Source: the human T2T-CHM13v2.0 reference genome, Homo sapiens. Taken from it: a DNA stretch of 64,000 nt. The translations under genes and the position numbers were made by a program. The notes below the pieces were generated by a model. It did no database searches, was not told the DNA's origin, and was given only the letters and a program-made list of their open reading frames with translations. Positions 15,794 to 31,094 of this stretch are shown here, piece by piece. How positions within the stretch are numbered: position 1 is the stretch's first letter; each line of letters begins with the position of its first letter. The stretch is from assembly GCF_009914755.1 (NCBI RefSeq), contig NC_060947.1; one strand, given 5' to 3'.

Positions 15794-15964
15794 TTTTTTT
15801 TTTTTTTTTTTTTTGAGATGAAGTCTTGCTCTGTTGCTCAGGCTGGAGTGCAGTGGCGTGATCTCGGCTCACTGCAACTTCTGCCTCCCAGGTTCACGCC
15901 ATTCTCCTGCCTCAGCCTCCTGAGTAGCTGGGACTACAGGTGCCCACCACCACACCCAGCTAAT
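15794..15964 (-). mobile_element. 5'-truncated Alu (right monomer only, AluY-like)
   Basis: PolyT plus right arm. TSD tggatagctca(c/t)ttct at 15773-15788 and 15965-15980. Confidence 0.93.
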
Positions 15965-16122
15965 TGGATAGCTCATTTCTAAAGTCCAGAAAATATGTTT
16001 TGTGCACATTGTGTAAACAAGTCCTTTAGAATAAATAGAGATAAAAATGGGAGCTAAAATTACAATTTCAGATCTGGAAAAGCTTAAAATATAGGTTAGG
16101 TCTGGGGGCATAGCCAGAGGAG

Positions 16123-16213
16123 ATATATATATATATATATATATATGTATATGTATATGTATATATATATGTGTGTTTGTGTGTGTATATATATGTGTAT
16201 ATATATGTATATA
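16123..16213. repeat. (TA)n/(TG)n microsatellite
   Basis: Read directly. Confidence 0.9.
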
Positions 16214-16547
16214 TCTTGAATATAAGAGGAGGTTCTGAGGAAGAGTATAGGAAAATTAAAGTAACTAGAATGATAGTGGGTCAATTTAAGAATGACTGAG
16301 GTCAAAATTGACCTTATTTTCTGCAGTTTCACTCATTTATTTAATCAATATTTAGAGAGTGCTTGTTCATGCTACACTCTGTGCTTGGTGTCTGGCATTC
16401 AGAGGTGAAAATAATCAGTACTATTTTCTACTGAATGTATCTTATGTAATAGGAGTTGTGGTAGACATGTTATTAATGTGCCCCTTCTCATTTATTCCTC
16501 ATAAGAACTTTTGAGTGGGAGTCCTTATTATCCCCAATGACTTCTCC

Positions 16548-17059
16548 AATGTTGATCAGCTGGAGTCCCCATAAAAAAACAGAACCCATTACAATTAGGA
16601 TAATTCATGGAGGAGAGTGAGTGTTTAAAATGGAACCATTTATAAAATTATATAATTAATTATATAACTAATTCTAAATTATAAAAGAAGCCACACGGAA
16701 CACTGCAGGAATACTGGTGTTATTAGTGGCAAAACTGTCACCATCTCAAGTATATGAAGACCTTGGAGAGGAATTGTATAAAGTTAAACTCATTGAAAGG
16801 AGCACTATTAGACTGTTGAGTGACACAGCAAGCCTGGTGTTTCCTACCTTACAGAAAGATAGCCAAGGGAATACATATTTTGATCTCACTTTCCTCCCTC
16901 CTCCAAATCTCATGCTTGGGATTTGGCATTAACCGACCTCAACCAAAAACCACATGTGCCTGTTGATGTAATTCATACCAGTCAGTCAATCTGAACAGAG
17001 AGAGTGATGGGGAGAGGTGTAGAATAGAGATTGAGAGACCTACGAAAGATATCCAGCAC
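16548..17059 (-). mobile_element. LTR33-like old ERVL LTR
   Basis: Reverse complement begins tgtgctggatatcttt...tacatcaacaggc, matching my recollection of LTR33. Confidence 0.55.
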
Positions 17060-18098
17060 ACGAGGTTATGCAGTAAGGGGCAGAAGAGAACTTCAGTGCA
17101 GATATAAATGGTTCCAATGCTTATGTGTTTTTCATTGAGCATTTCAATCTTATACATTTCTTCCTTGATAATTTGGTGGGATAGACAACAGTTTTAACAA
17201 CTACAATATTACACAAAATGAGCAAGATTAAGAAAATTAATTGATAATTTTGCGACCTGCCTATCGATAGCTTATAAACTTCCAGTTTTCGTTCTTGCTG
17301 TGGCTTTACATCTTACCAGGATCCTGGAGTCCCCTTTAGTCTGAAGCTTCTATGTCACAATGGCCCAAAGATGAATCAAACAACTCAAGGAGCTCACAAC
17401 TGAGTGTGAGAGGTATAGATGAAAACAACTAACTACAAGTGCCTTGTGATATCATAGAAGAGCAAACAATTCAAGTGACTGAAGGTTGGTGGAATAAGGA
17501 AAGGTTTCATAGAAGTGACATTAAAATAAGTCTAGGCTAATCAACAAGTGCTCAAGGCTTAATGGACCTGAAATTCTAGAAACTTTGTTAGGAAGATGTC
17601 AACTCTCAGTTCATTCCTAATACCAATCAAATCTACCTTGTACATTTCAAATCTCAGGCTAAAATCTGATCTCCAAGCAGCTGGTCTATGGGGGACATAG
17701 ATGAAAGAATTCTGAGAATTTCCAGTGCATTCGGCTTCATCTAAATTAAAACGAAATTATAGTAGCAGCTTTTATTGCTTTTGGCAACACATTTTCATCT
17801 TTTATTAAAAACATTAATATGTTTTTCTCCTGACAAAGACCACGTGTCACCAAGATAAAATTTTTGTTTCACAAAACGCATTTTAGTGTTTTGGAACTTT
17901 GTGGAACTAAAATGAAAGCAGGAGTGGAAATGTAATCCTCATTCAAGAAAGAGTACAATCTGTATCATCAAATTTCATTATTTACATGGAACCACACATT
18001 AATTGTTCCTCAATAAGTTCTTGGAATTTGTCCAAAAAGCAAGACTTTAATACAGATATTAGCAGAAACCCTACTTATGAAACAAGTGGAAAAGGAAT

Positions 18099-18437
<339 letters not shown>

Positions 18438-18929
18438 TAAGACTTTGGCATACTAGTTAGCATATCTTAATTATGGCAGAGTAAGTCTAAAAGCATATAA
18501 GCATCACTCATGCTAAAACCTGGAAGATCTATCACTTAGTGAATATTTCATTAAATTGTTCTTTGAGAATAGGTTTTTCAACAATGAGAACATTTTTCTC
18601 TCATTCCTTTCCAATGACTACTATAGTTTACATTAGCGGAAACCAATCCACAGTTTTGGTAAAAGCATTTAAAGAAATATGAAAATTCCTGTTTAATGAA
18701 AATATTTTTTAAATAAAGTCAAATTATTTTCCATATACCTTTAGAGTTGAGCAGGTTCTTTCGTATGACTGGTTCAATACTTAACCAGTTATTGCTGAGT
18801 AAATTGAATTCCTATGAAGGGAAATGACTTTAATAAGATCATCTTTCTTAGTTTGTTGCTTTTACTTCCTAACTTTAATATAGAGTTCTATCTGGCCATC
18901 CCTGTTTATAATTATGCAGCCAGCTTCTA

Positions 18930-20110
<1,181 letters not shown>

Positions 20111-23094
20111 TTGTTTAATGCATTAGTTGCCATCAGAGTCTGGTTTTAAAGGTCGACGTACATGGATATATTAATAAATGGTAAGTACTTCCACAGAGAG
20201 ATGGCTCTCTGTTCTCATTCCCCTTGGTATTGTAGGGTATAACACAAATGAATTAACTGGGACTAGTAGGATGGGAGTTGGTATTTAGGTTATAGCTTTG
20301 GAGGGCATCCCTACATTCGACACTGTTTTTCATAGAGAGTTGCCAATTGACATTTGCCAACGGAGTAATGGAACAAATGTTTCTCTATTAAGATGAGTTT
20401 TGGTGTGGAAGGCACACAAATAGCTAACTACATTATTCCAAACTTCACCTTTGAGCAATGTAAGAAATAACAAAGAGTTCAGGAATTTCTTCTGGACCCA
20501 TTTGAGCCTTCATATTTCAGTCTTTTAATCCCAGGACCATTAAGAGATATTAAGGTTAAAAAGTACTTAAAGTTGAACTGTAAATGGACTTGAAAAAGTT
20601 GAAATAAATCACCTGTAAATTAGTGAGGTTCTGACAATAAGCAATCCAATTAGGGTACACATCTGTCAACTTACTCAGTTTTCTTTTGAAAGGTATTAAT
20701 GAGAATGGTGTATTCGAAATTTGCAGCAGTTCTGATTTATAGCACAGGCCCATTTGCATAGCTTGTACCATATTGTCACTCTAGAGACAATAGCTAGATC
20801 CTCTTTATGTGAAGAGTTCACCTCTGTCAATAAATTTGTCCAGGTGATAGTGCCAAGAATCTACAAAGGGAAATCACTGGGGTCTATGTGTTTAACTAGA
20901 ACTGCTGTGTTTATCTATTTGCTGCAGTTCTCCTATGCTAGGAAACAACATTTACCTCTTTCTGCTCTCCAAAGCCTTTGGTTCTAATTAGCTTTTGACC
21001 CAGAGATGTTCTAGAAAGCCAGGTTTCTCTTTTTGGTCTGTGGTGGCCTGGGCCCTACTATGTGCCTGTCTCTCTTACAGTCCTCTGGCCCTTAACTATT
21101 TGTCTATGTAACCTTGAACATGACAGATTCATTGGAATAAAAAAAGAGGATCTTGATAGCTTCCAAATCATTTTGTGGTTGACTTTATGATATATCAGTT
21201 TCCACTAAATGGAAAATTGTGATGTTGTCAGTCTGACAAAGAAAACTAAATTTTGCTTCAGTCTGGATAATGTCGGTGAATAACAAATTTCTTTCTTTTG
21301 CCTTTCAAGTGTCTTATACAAAGAGAAAAAGCAATTTGTTTTTGTAACATTTAGAGCCTAAGTAGAATGGCAATGCCTCCTTTAGTGTGTAAATACGACA
21401 TTATTAAATTGAAGTGCTTAATGAACGTCTTTTCGTTAATTCATTTATCAAAAAGGTTTTATATGTATGTTCACTTCTATTTTAATAATTAATTTGGGGT
21501 TAGAGATTGGAAAACAAGATTTTGTCACAGATTTTGTTAACTTCCTGAGCACACATCAAAAATGGCATTAGTCAAAATTCATAGATACATAGCCTATGAA
21601 ACGTTTGCAAAGAAAAGAAAGATTTTCTTAAGTAAAATAGAGCACTCAAATTTTGAGGGATATACATTGATTTTGATAACAGAAAAATACTGATGTTCAA
21701 TTGAAAATATTAGCACATTTTTATCTTCAGCTTTGTTGCAAAACATTTTCATCTGGCAATTAAGGCTGAAGGCAACAAAGAAAGTCTTTAAAAGGTTAAG
21801 TTAAATAATACACAGTTATAACCATACTGGAGACTATGAAATTTCTCCAATAAATGACCATAAGTACAATTCTGCAAATATTGAGTCCCTCATTGCACCA
21901 GTTGTTTCTTTTTACTTAGTTTGTTTTATTAATTAAACAATGAATTTATTCATAAATATATAGCTATCCAAAAATAATTATTACCAATTATGTGTAAAAG
22001 AGCAACACAAACTGTTTCTCATCTTATAACATTTAGTAATATAAGAAACACTTCTTATATTAGAGATAAATGAAATCATGTCTAGATCCTGTAAGGTGAA
22101 CAGGAATGAACTGAGGCATGCTAATATCATCACTAATATTATACTTGTACAAAGATTGCACGCAACTTGAAAGGTAAAAAAAATGAGCAATTTGGTTTCA
22201 AATATGACCAAGAAAAAGCAAAGAGACTAAGAACTAGAGAGTTTTCTAAAAAGTTAAAAATGCAGCATATATCTTTCAAAACAGAAAGCTGAATAACCCT
22301 GAAAATGTCATATTTTGCCACTTTATTTTTATTCCTGGAATTGTACTTGAGAAATGACGAGTGTATTCCCACAGTTAATTAGCAGACATGGAATAGGGTT
22401 ACAAGGAGCACTCAGACCACAGTCATGACATCCTGAAGATTCTTTCACATTCTAGAATGAGCAAATGCCAAGCCTTATCACACAGAGGAACCAACTAATG
22501 ATGTGTACATACATGTGACAGAATTTAGAAATGTCTAAATAATGTGAAAGTCATCTGGTCTACCTCACTTTGAACATGAGGAAACTGCTCAAGGAATCGA
22601 AGATGATTTGCCCATGGTTACCCAGTAAGTTAGTGTCAAATCGGGGGCTCATTTAAACTTAGTGGCTCCCAATAGTGAGGTCTTTCAAAGAGCATTTGTG
22701 CTTCTTCAGGTGACTTTTTATAGTCAGTATTCCCCATCCGTTTGCAGCGATGCTGTCTCTTTTCTATTCAGCTTTTAGTCATTCATCTCGATAAGGTGCC
22801 TAACATTTTTCACCATGCAATTAGCAAACAGTGGTCCAGAGAGGCTTTAAATATTGACATCAAGATACAATATTTCTATAATCATGCATACAGCTCTTTT
22901 CCTAGTCCTATTTCCCACGGCCTTCACTTATCCACACTCCAGAGATACCAGTCAAACTTGACAGTTCTTGGGTTTGCCATGCACTTTCATACCACTTTGG
23001 CTGTGTTTCAGCAGTTCTTAGCCTGGAATTCCTTCTACTTGATAATTTTTCTGTCTTCTAAAGTCCTTCTCACTGAAAATAAAAACAATACAAA

Positions 23095-23325
23095 TGAACC
23101 AGCAACAAAATGCACAGAGAATATAGGCAGTCGACATATAGAAATAGAGATACGTGTAGTCAATAATTATATAAAAAGTGCTCAGCCTCACTAATACAGA
23201 AGTGGAAATTCAAATGAAGTGACGTTTTTTATCTTGGAGGTTACCAAAAAAGTTTGCTAATAAGCACTATTAGTGGAAATATATGGAAATAAGAAAACCT
23301 CATAAGCTTTATGGCTAAATGTGTG
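23095..23325 (+). mobile_element. Old L1ME 3' fragment (host of the inverted L1)
   Basis: aaaagtgctcagcctcactaat...tggaaataagaaaacctcata. Confidence 0.5.
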
Positions 23326-26300
23326 GTAGGTTTTTCCATTTGTTTGTGTCGTCTCTGATTTCTTTAGCAGTGCTTTGTAATTCTCATTGTAGAGCTCTTT
23401 CATCTCCATGGTTAGCTTGGTTCTTAGGCATTTGATTATTTTTGTGGCTATTGTGAATGGGATTGCCTTTGTTATTCCACTCTCACCTCGAACGTTATTT
23501 GTGTACAGAAATGTTACTGAGTTTTGAATATTGATTTTGTATCCTGAAACTTTGCTGAAGTTGTTTATCAGACCTAGGAGCCTTTGGACAGAGACTAAGG
23601 GGTTTTTTTTTCAAGGTATTGAATCATATTCACTGTGAAGAGACAAAGTTTGACTTTCTCTCTTTCTATTGGGGTGCCTTTTATTTCTTTTTCTTGCCTG
23701 ATTGCTCTGGCTAAGAGTTCCAGTACAATTTTGAATAGGAGTAATGAGAGTGGGCATTCTTGTCTTGTTCTGGTTCTCAAAGGGAATGCTTCCAGCTTTT
23801 GCCCATTCAGTATAATTTTGGGTGTGGGTCTGTCATAGATGGTTGGTATTATTTTGAGGTATGTACCTTTGATTCTTGGTTTGTTGAGGGTTTTTAACAT
23901 AAAGGGATATTGAATTTTATCAAAAACATTTTCTGCGTCTATTGAGATGACTATTTGGTTTTTGGCTTTAGTCCTGTTTATGTGATGAATCACATATATT
24001 ATTTTGTGTATGTTGAGCCAACTTTATAGCCCAGGAATAAAGCATACTTGCTCATGATGGATTATGTTTTTTATGTACTAATGGATTCAATTTGCTGTAT
24101 TTTGTTGAGGATTTTTGCATCTATGTTAATCAGAAAATTGGTCTGAAGTTTTCTTCTTTCATTGTGTCTCTGCCAAGATTTGGTATCAGAATGATGCTGA
24201 ACTCATATAATGAATTAGGGTGAAGTCCCTCCTCTGTTATGTTTTGAAACAGTATCAGTAGGATTGGTACCAGCTCTTCTTTATACATCTCATAGAATTT
24301 GGCTGTGACTCCATCTGATGCAGGGCATTTTCTGAGTGGTAAGATTTTTATTTCTGATTCAATTTCAGAACTCATTATTGATATGTTCAGGCTTTCTATT
24401 TCTTCTTGGTTCAATCTTAGGAAGTTGTATGTTTCCAGGAATTTATCCATTTATTCTAGGTTGTCTATCTTGTGTGCATAGAGGGGTTCATAATAGTCTC
24501 TGAGAGTTTTTATATTTCTGTGGGGTCGGTGGTAAGGTCTATGTTATCATTCCTGATTGGGTTTATTTGGATCCTCTTCCTTTTTTTCTTTATTAGTCTA
24601 GCTAGTGGTCTATCTTATGTCTTCTGTCAAAGAACCAACTTTTGGTTTCATTGATTTTTTGTGTGATTTTTCTCATCTCCATTTTGTTCAGTTCAGCTCT
24701 GATTTTGATTATTTCTTGTCTTCTGCTACATTTGGGGTTGGTTTACTTTTGCTTTTCAAGTTTTTCTAGGTTTGATTGTTAATGTGAGGTCTTTTTAACT
24801 TTTTGATGTGGATGTTTAGTACTATAAACACCTCTCTTAACACTGTGTTAGTTGTGTCCCAGAGATCTAGTACATAGTATCTTTGTTTTTATTAGTTTCA
24901 CAGAATTTCTTGATTTCTGTCTTAATTTCATTGTTTACCAAAAAGTCATTCAGGAGCATGTTGTTTGATTTCCATATAATTGTATGGTTTTGAGAGATGT
25001 TCTTGGTATTGATTTCCACTTTTATTTTGCTGTGGTCCAAGAGCATGGTTGGTATGATTTCAGTATTATTTTATTGTTTACTCCAAATCATTTAGGAGCA
25101 TTTTAATTTCCATGTAATTCTATGTTTTGAGAGATATTCTTGGTACTGATTTTTATTTTTATTGCACTGTGATCCAAGAGTGTGGTTGGTAATTCAGTTT
25201 TTCAAAAACATTTGCTGAGAATTCCTTTATGGCGTAGTGTGTGGATAGGAAGAATCAATATTGTTAATATGGCCATAATGTCCAAAGCTGTTTACAAATT
25301 AAATTTTATTCCTATCAAAATACCAATGACATTTTTCACAGAATTAGAAAAAAAAATCTAAAATTTATTTGGAACCCCTCCAAAAAACCCATACAGCCAA
25401 AGCAATTCTAAACAAAAAAAACAAAGCTGGAGTCATCTCACCACCTGACTTCAAACTATAGTACAAGGCAACAGTATCTAAAACAGCATGGCAATGGCAC
25501 AAAAACAGACACATAGATCCATGGGAATGATCAGAGAACTCAGGAATAAAGCCATATACCTATAACCATCTGATATTTGACAAAGCTCATAAAAGCAAGC
25601 AATGGGGAAAATACTCACCACTCAGTAAATGCTGCTGGGCTAACTGACTATCCATATGCCAAATATTAAAACTGGACCCCTACCTTTCACCATATACAAA
25701 AATCAACTCAAGATGGAATAAAGATTTTAATGTAAAACCTAAAACTATAAAAATTCTAGAAGAAAATCCAGAAAATATCATTCTGAACATCATCCCAGGT
25801 AAAGACTTCATGATGAAGACTCCAGAAGCATTTGCAACAAAACCAAAACACTGACAAGTGAGACCTAATTAAACTAAAGAACTTCCATACAGTATAAGAA
25901 ATTATCAACAGAGTAAACAGACAACCTAGAGTATGGGAGAAAATGTTTGCAAATTATGCGTCTGACAAAGGCCTAATATCCAGAATCTATAAGGAACTCA
26001 AACAAATAATAAAAAAATGCAATTTAAAAATTGGCAAAGGACATAAACAGACACTTTTCAAAAGAAGACATTCACTCAGTCAACAAGCATATGAAAAAAT
26101 GTTCAATGTTACTAATCATTAGGGAAATCCAAATCAAGACTAAAATGAGATACCATCTCACACCAGTCAGAATGGCTATTATTAAAAATCCAATAAATAA
26201 TATATACTGATGAGGTTGTGGAGAAAGGGAATTACTTATCTACTGCTGGTTGGAATGTAAATTTGTTCAGCCACTGCGGAAAGCATGCCCAGGTAACAAA

Positions 26301-26347
26301 TCTGAATGTGTACTTCTTGAACCTAAAATAGAAGTTGGAATAAACAA
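23326..26347. mobile_element. 5'-inverted (twin-primed) L1, L1PA13-16/PB age: minus arm 23326-25244, plus arm 25242-26347
   Basis: The minus arm carries ORF2 RT ORFs. The plus arm resumes at tggataggaagaatcaat and ends in an L1 3' tail (cctaaaatagaagttgg). Confidence 0.9.
23595..24450 (-). pseudogene. Disrupted L1 ORF2p reverse-transcriptase region
   Basis: [20 protein letters not shown]; [13 protein letters not shown]; [17 protein letters not shown]. Catalytic FADD reads FTVN, and the frame is broken. Confidence 0.92.
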
Positions 26348-27939
26348 AAGAAATCTCATAAACCTTTGCTAAGTATGTGTAACTATATATTCATGTGTAC
26401 ATTAAAAGGCTGGGCAAGAACCTGTATATTATACATATATACATTTATGCAAATATGTATATATGTATATGGATGTGGCTTAGGTCTGTATGTGTTAACT
26501 ACACACTGGACAAGTTCAACTTCTGTATGGCAATAACAATTACTTACATTTATGTGGCGCTTTATAGTATCCCAAACACATTTATATTTGTTTTTTCATT
26601 GGAAACTTAGGAATTGGTACTAAGAATTTTTTAAACAAAGTAAGTTTATATTCCACAACATTCATATGAAGTTATTTGTTTAAGGAAATAGAACTGGTTA
26701 GGAGAACTCAAAGAAATTTTACATTTACTACCCTGTTTGTAACTCTTCACACAAGTGGGGTGAGGGAGGATGGTGGAGGATGCAAGACAGAGATGGGCTG
26801 GAGAAAAAAGCTATGAATAAACAAGACAGAAAATGGCCAAAAATAGTAAGCACCTTGGAATCACCACCTTCTTTGCCAGGCATTTTCTTTTATTCCAAAA
26901 GAAATCTTTCATCTGACTAATTAGTGTTTAAAAATTATTGCCTCCCTTGTACCCCTCCTAAAACCCAAGGAGCTAAATATCTACAGTGAACCTTAGAATC
27001 AGTACCCATTCCAAAGACAGGATGACCTGTATATATTCTGAATAATTCTGCACATTAAATGTGGAATTGTGTCATTTTGTTTCATTTCAATTCACTTCTT
27101 TTTATTTCGTTTTTTAATCTGTCTCTACCTGATCAAAATAAATCAATATCCAGGCAATGGGTTAAATTTAGAAGTTTATGCTTGAAAAAATATTCAATAT
27201 GTCAGTAGGTGAGTTTTCTTGCCTGAGCTTGAAACAATGCTGTGAACTCATCCTTCCATCTTTTCTAAATATCTTATTGCAAAGGAACTCTTGCCAAAAC
27301 ACACAACCACCAACTTTCCTCTAATTAGCCCTTAAGGAATTGTTTTTAAAGTCTTAATTTTCAGGAAACAGATGTAAACCTAACTTCTAATTATGAAAGA
27401 CATAGGCTTCTTTTTCCATTTTTTTTTCTTTTTATTTCATTTGCTGACAAGTGAGAAAACCCACTGTGTTTTCTTCAAGGATAATTTTCCAAAGGCAAAG
27501 GAGGGGTTGGAAAGCAATTGAGCTCTTTCATGAATGGAGATTGTAAAAAACGCAAATACAGAGCATTTAGTCTTGCCTCAGGAAATAATTCCATACTTAT
27601 ACCTCAAATTATGCATGTGCTCAGAGCAGTCAGAAACATATGCATGCGTGTACATGTGTGTGTGGACACATGAGCACACATTAACATTAGTGGTAAATAG
27701 AAGAGAGGATTAATGAAAACCAACCGTGATAAAGAGAGTAAAATAGCTCATTAATATAATGCTGTTATATCAAACACATAGGATGAACTGTAGAATTGGA
27801 TTATGATACAGCACTTGCATTTTTAGAGGCAGAAAGAGAAAGACTCTAGAGATCTGGGTACCTGCTTGAGGACAGATCTCAGATACAGAAGTGATTCTTA
27901 ATAGTATTTACAATATACATTCTCTCCTTATATTTCTCC

Positions 27940-28440
27940 TAACTATTCCACATTATATATTCTTTCCTTTTCCTTACTATAGCAATATTTTATTTCAGAT
28001 AGCAACATGCCCAAATGAAAATATCTATTTCCCATTCTCTTTTGCAAGTAGGCTGTCATGTGGCAGGCAGTTCTGGCCAATGAGTTGTAAGCAAAAGTCA
28101 CCGGGTGAGATTTCTGAACAAAATTTTCAGAGGGGTCTGAGTCTACCGATACACGGGTTTTGGCCCTTCCCTGTTGTCATTCCTTCTTCTTTTTAGTGGG
28201 AAAAAAACAAGATGGTCAGCACCATAGTAACCATCCTGAGATAATTGATGATGACCTTGAGGATAGAAGGCACAGACTACGGGAAGCAGAACAGAAAGAA
28301 AGAAGCTTGGAGAACTGATGGCTTCACAAAGCTTCTGTACATGCTTCAGACTTCCTACTTTGCAGATTGTGGTAAAAGAAATATAACATCACACTGGTTT
28401 AATCCATTGTTTTCCAGTTTTCTATTAGTAGCAACTGACT
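27940..28440 (+). mobile_element. Old ERVL/MaLR-type LTR relic
   Basis: ttcccattctcttttgcaagtagg...gttctggccaatgagttgtaagcaaaagt. Subfamily not resolved. Confidence 0.45.
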
Positions 28441-28929
28441 ATAAGAGGGAATATTTTAACCAAATAAACTTTGTACATTGAAGGCTCTTCTAAACCAGAT
28501 AATGAAGGGCTCTGAAATGATCCTTCTACTTTTACAAAAACTGTTAAGTGATACCTATCAGAATTGAGGGAGGCAGGCAAGTTTTCTACATGTACCAGGA
28601 GAGAGTCAACAGCAGCCATATCTAACAGCAAAACTTCCCAGAAAGAAATGGCGATGTGGACATGCCAGCAGCCGTCATCTCTCAAAATTGCCCAGGACAA
28701 CATCATTTATTTCCATCTATATTTACAAGACTAGTTTCCAAATGAAGTGATGTGGAGTGAAGTGTTCCAGGATTGCTCTGAACAGTAGCACAAAGAAAAT
28801 GATGGCAAAGCAAAAAACAAAATTAACTCAGAGTTGTTTAGTCCTCAAATGAACTTTCCCCCCAGCCTCAGTTGGTTCTTGGTCCTGCACATCTCTGCAG
28901 CATAAATTTCATCTTACCCTCCTTCTCCT

Positions 28930-29370
28930 CCCCTAACACCACACATTTGTCTCTAGCCACATGTAACTCCATGTAATTGATAAACACATCATGCTATTTC
29001 TCACCTCTAGCTTTTGACTCATGCTAGTTTCTCTGCTTGCATGCCCTTTTTGTCCTTGCCCCTTCTTCTAAATAACTGATATTTGTTCTGCAGAACTCAG
29101 CTTTTAATTCTGCCCTTCCGGAAAGGCTTCTGTTCCTATTCTTTCCATCTTACCGTCACATATAATGTGGACTAAGTACCTCCCACCATTTGCTACCTGG
29201 GCTTACCACCCAGAGCTTATGCAGAGTATGCTGTCACCACACTGATTTTTTATTTCTTCTAGAGTTCTGGGTTGGGAGCAGGAACTACGTATGACCCATT
29301 TCTGATTTCCAAGCCCTAGCACAATACCTAGTACTTAGTATTCATTAAATATTTGTTGAATGAATGGATG
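28930..29370 (+). mobile_element. L2 3' end
   Basis: ccctagcacaatacctag...aaatatttgttgaatgaatgg. Confidence 0.7.
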
Positions 29371-30002
29371 TCATAAATTATTTAAAAATGCTTTTGGTAT
29401 TTTTCCACATTTGCAATGCCTCTGTAAAATTGATGTTAAGTAAAATATGTCCTTAGACCGATTTGCTGACATAAAACCCAAAACGAACCAAGCTTCACTA
29501 TAATGCTGAATAAACTCTAAGATGATTTTAGGTAGAACACACAGAGAAAAATAACTTAATATAGAACTTTCTTCTACATTTTAATATCCATGGCAAATTA
29601 GTCTAGTGGTTTATCAAATCTTCCTGTTTATTTTTCATGTGTTTTGGCTGTAAATATTACAGGCCAAGTGGGCACTATGCATGAAGGAATTTGTGACTGG
29701 GGTTCGAGGAAGACGCCAAAGTTAACGTGAAGGGGTGATCATACATATTTTTATCTATGTGAAGTACATTGAGAAGGCTGGGCTTGTCTCCCTGCAGGAA
29801 ATTGGCCAATCTGGTGTAACACCCTGGAGGGATGAGGAAGGAGTGTCCGACATGGTGGACCTGATGAATCACAGTATCATTTCACACAACCCCTCAATGT
29901 TTCTCCAGAATCTTTTCTCACATCCGTCTCCAACCAGGCATTAACAATTAACCAGAGGCTAGATATATGGTAGACAGGCTTATCTATGTCAGCTGAAGAC
30001 AT

Positions 30003-30188
30003 CTATTTTCAGAGTTGAATGTGTATCAGAATCACTGGGAGAGCTTGTTAAACCACAGATTGCTGTTAAATTCCCAGAGTTTTTAACTTTGCAGGTCTGG
30101 GGTGGAGCCAAAAATTAGCATTTCTGATAAGTTCCCAGGAGATGTTGATTCTGCTCCTACAAACAACAGGCTTTTACAATTACTACCA
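30003..30188. mobile_element. MER5A (hAT-Charlie) fossil
   Basis: atcagaatcactgggagagcttgttaaa...ggtctggggtgg...gcatttctgataagttcccagg. Confidence 0.8.
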
Positions 30189-31094
30189 TAGTTAGTCAAG
30201 GTGATTACATTCCATAATTAGAAAAATATAAAAAAAAAATGCATTCCCTTTTCCCTCAAAGGATGAAGAGTGTCCTTGGTCATCTAAGAGACTGGAATTC
30301 TGAAGCTAGGACTAAAAGTAGAAAAGAAAGAAAAAAGACAAAAACACTAATTAATTTGCTTGTCAGGAGCATAGGAGCAACTGGTATTGCCATCTGGATA
30401 GGAAACTGTAAACTTCTAGACCAAACCATCTCCTCCTCCTCTTTAGCTGCCATTCCTGAAAATTCTGTCAAGGTAGGGTAAGGTATGTTTTGTTTCCTTT
30501 AGAGCTAGAACCACAGCAAGTATGCCCCTGGACAAATGAATTCACTCTTAAATATAATTACTTAATGTGAACCACCTTGCTTTAGAATTTCTTGCTCCAC
30601 TCTCCCAGTACTGCTTCTTTTTTGTGCAAAGTATCTGCTCTCTCTCTCTGCCTCTCTTTCTCTGGATTATGTCAATAGGATATTGATGAGCCTTTTGTGG
30701 TAAATTCTGAGTATCAGCTTTGGATACCTCTTCACAGTTGTGCCTTCTAATTGACATCTACCTGTTTGAGTTATTTCTGCAAACCCATGATTTTCTTTTC
30801 TATTAAGCCCTGAATTGTACTAAGTATAGTCTTCTCTGGTAATGGTACCACATCTATGTGGTCACCTAACCAGGAAACTTTACTCCTCCTTCTCTTTAGC
30901 CCTTTCATCTAATCAGATCACAAGATTGAGTAATATTTATGACCCCTCTTCTTTCCTCTAGTTCTACTATAATTATTGTAACTCTGACTTTCTTAGTCTT
31001 TCTTGGCTGCAGTCTCTTTCTCCAAATCAAAAATTGTGCTGATCAAACCCTCCAGCTTGTTTAAAACTCTTCAGTAACTCTTCATTACCCACAG

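Noticed and set aside
22742-23194. 150 aa ORF in non-Alu sequence
   Set aside because: Non-ATG start, no recognisable domain or splice structure, and it runs into L2-like and L1 relic sequence.
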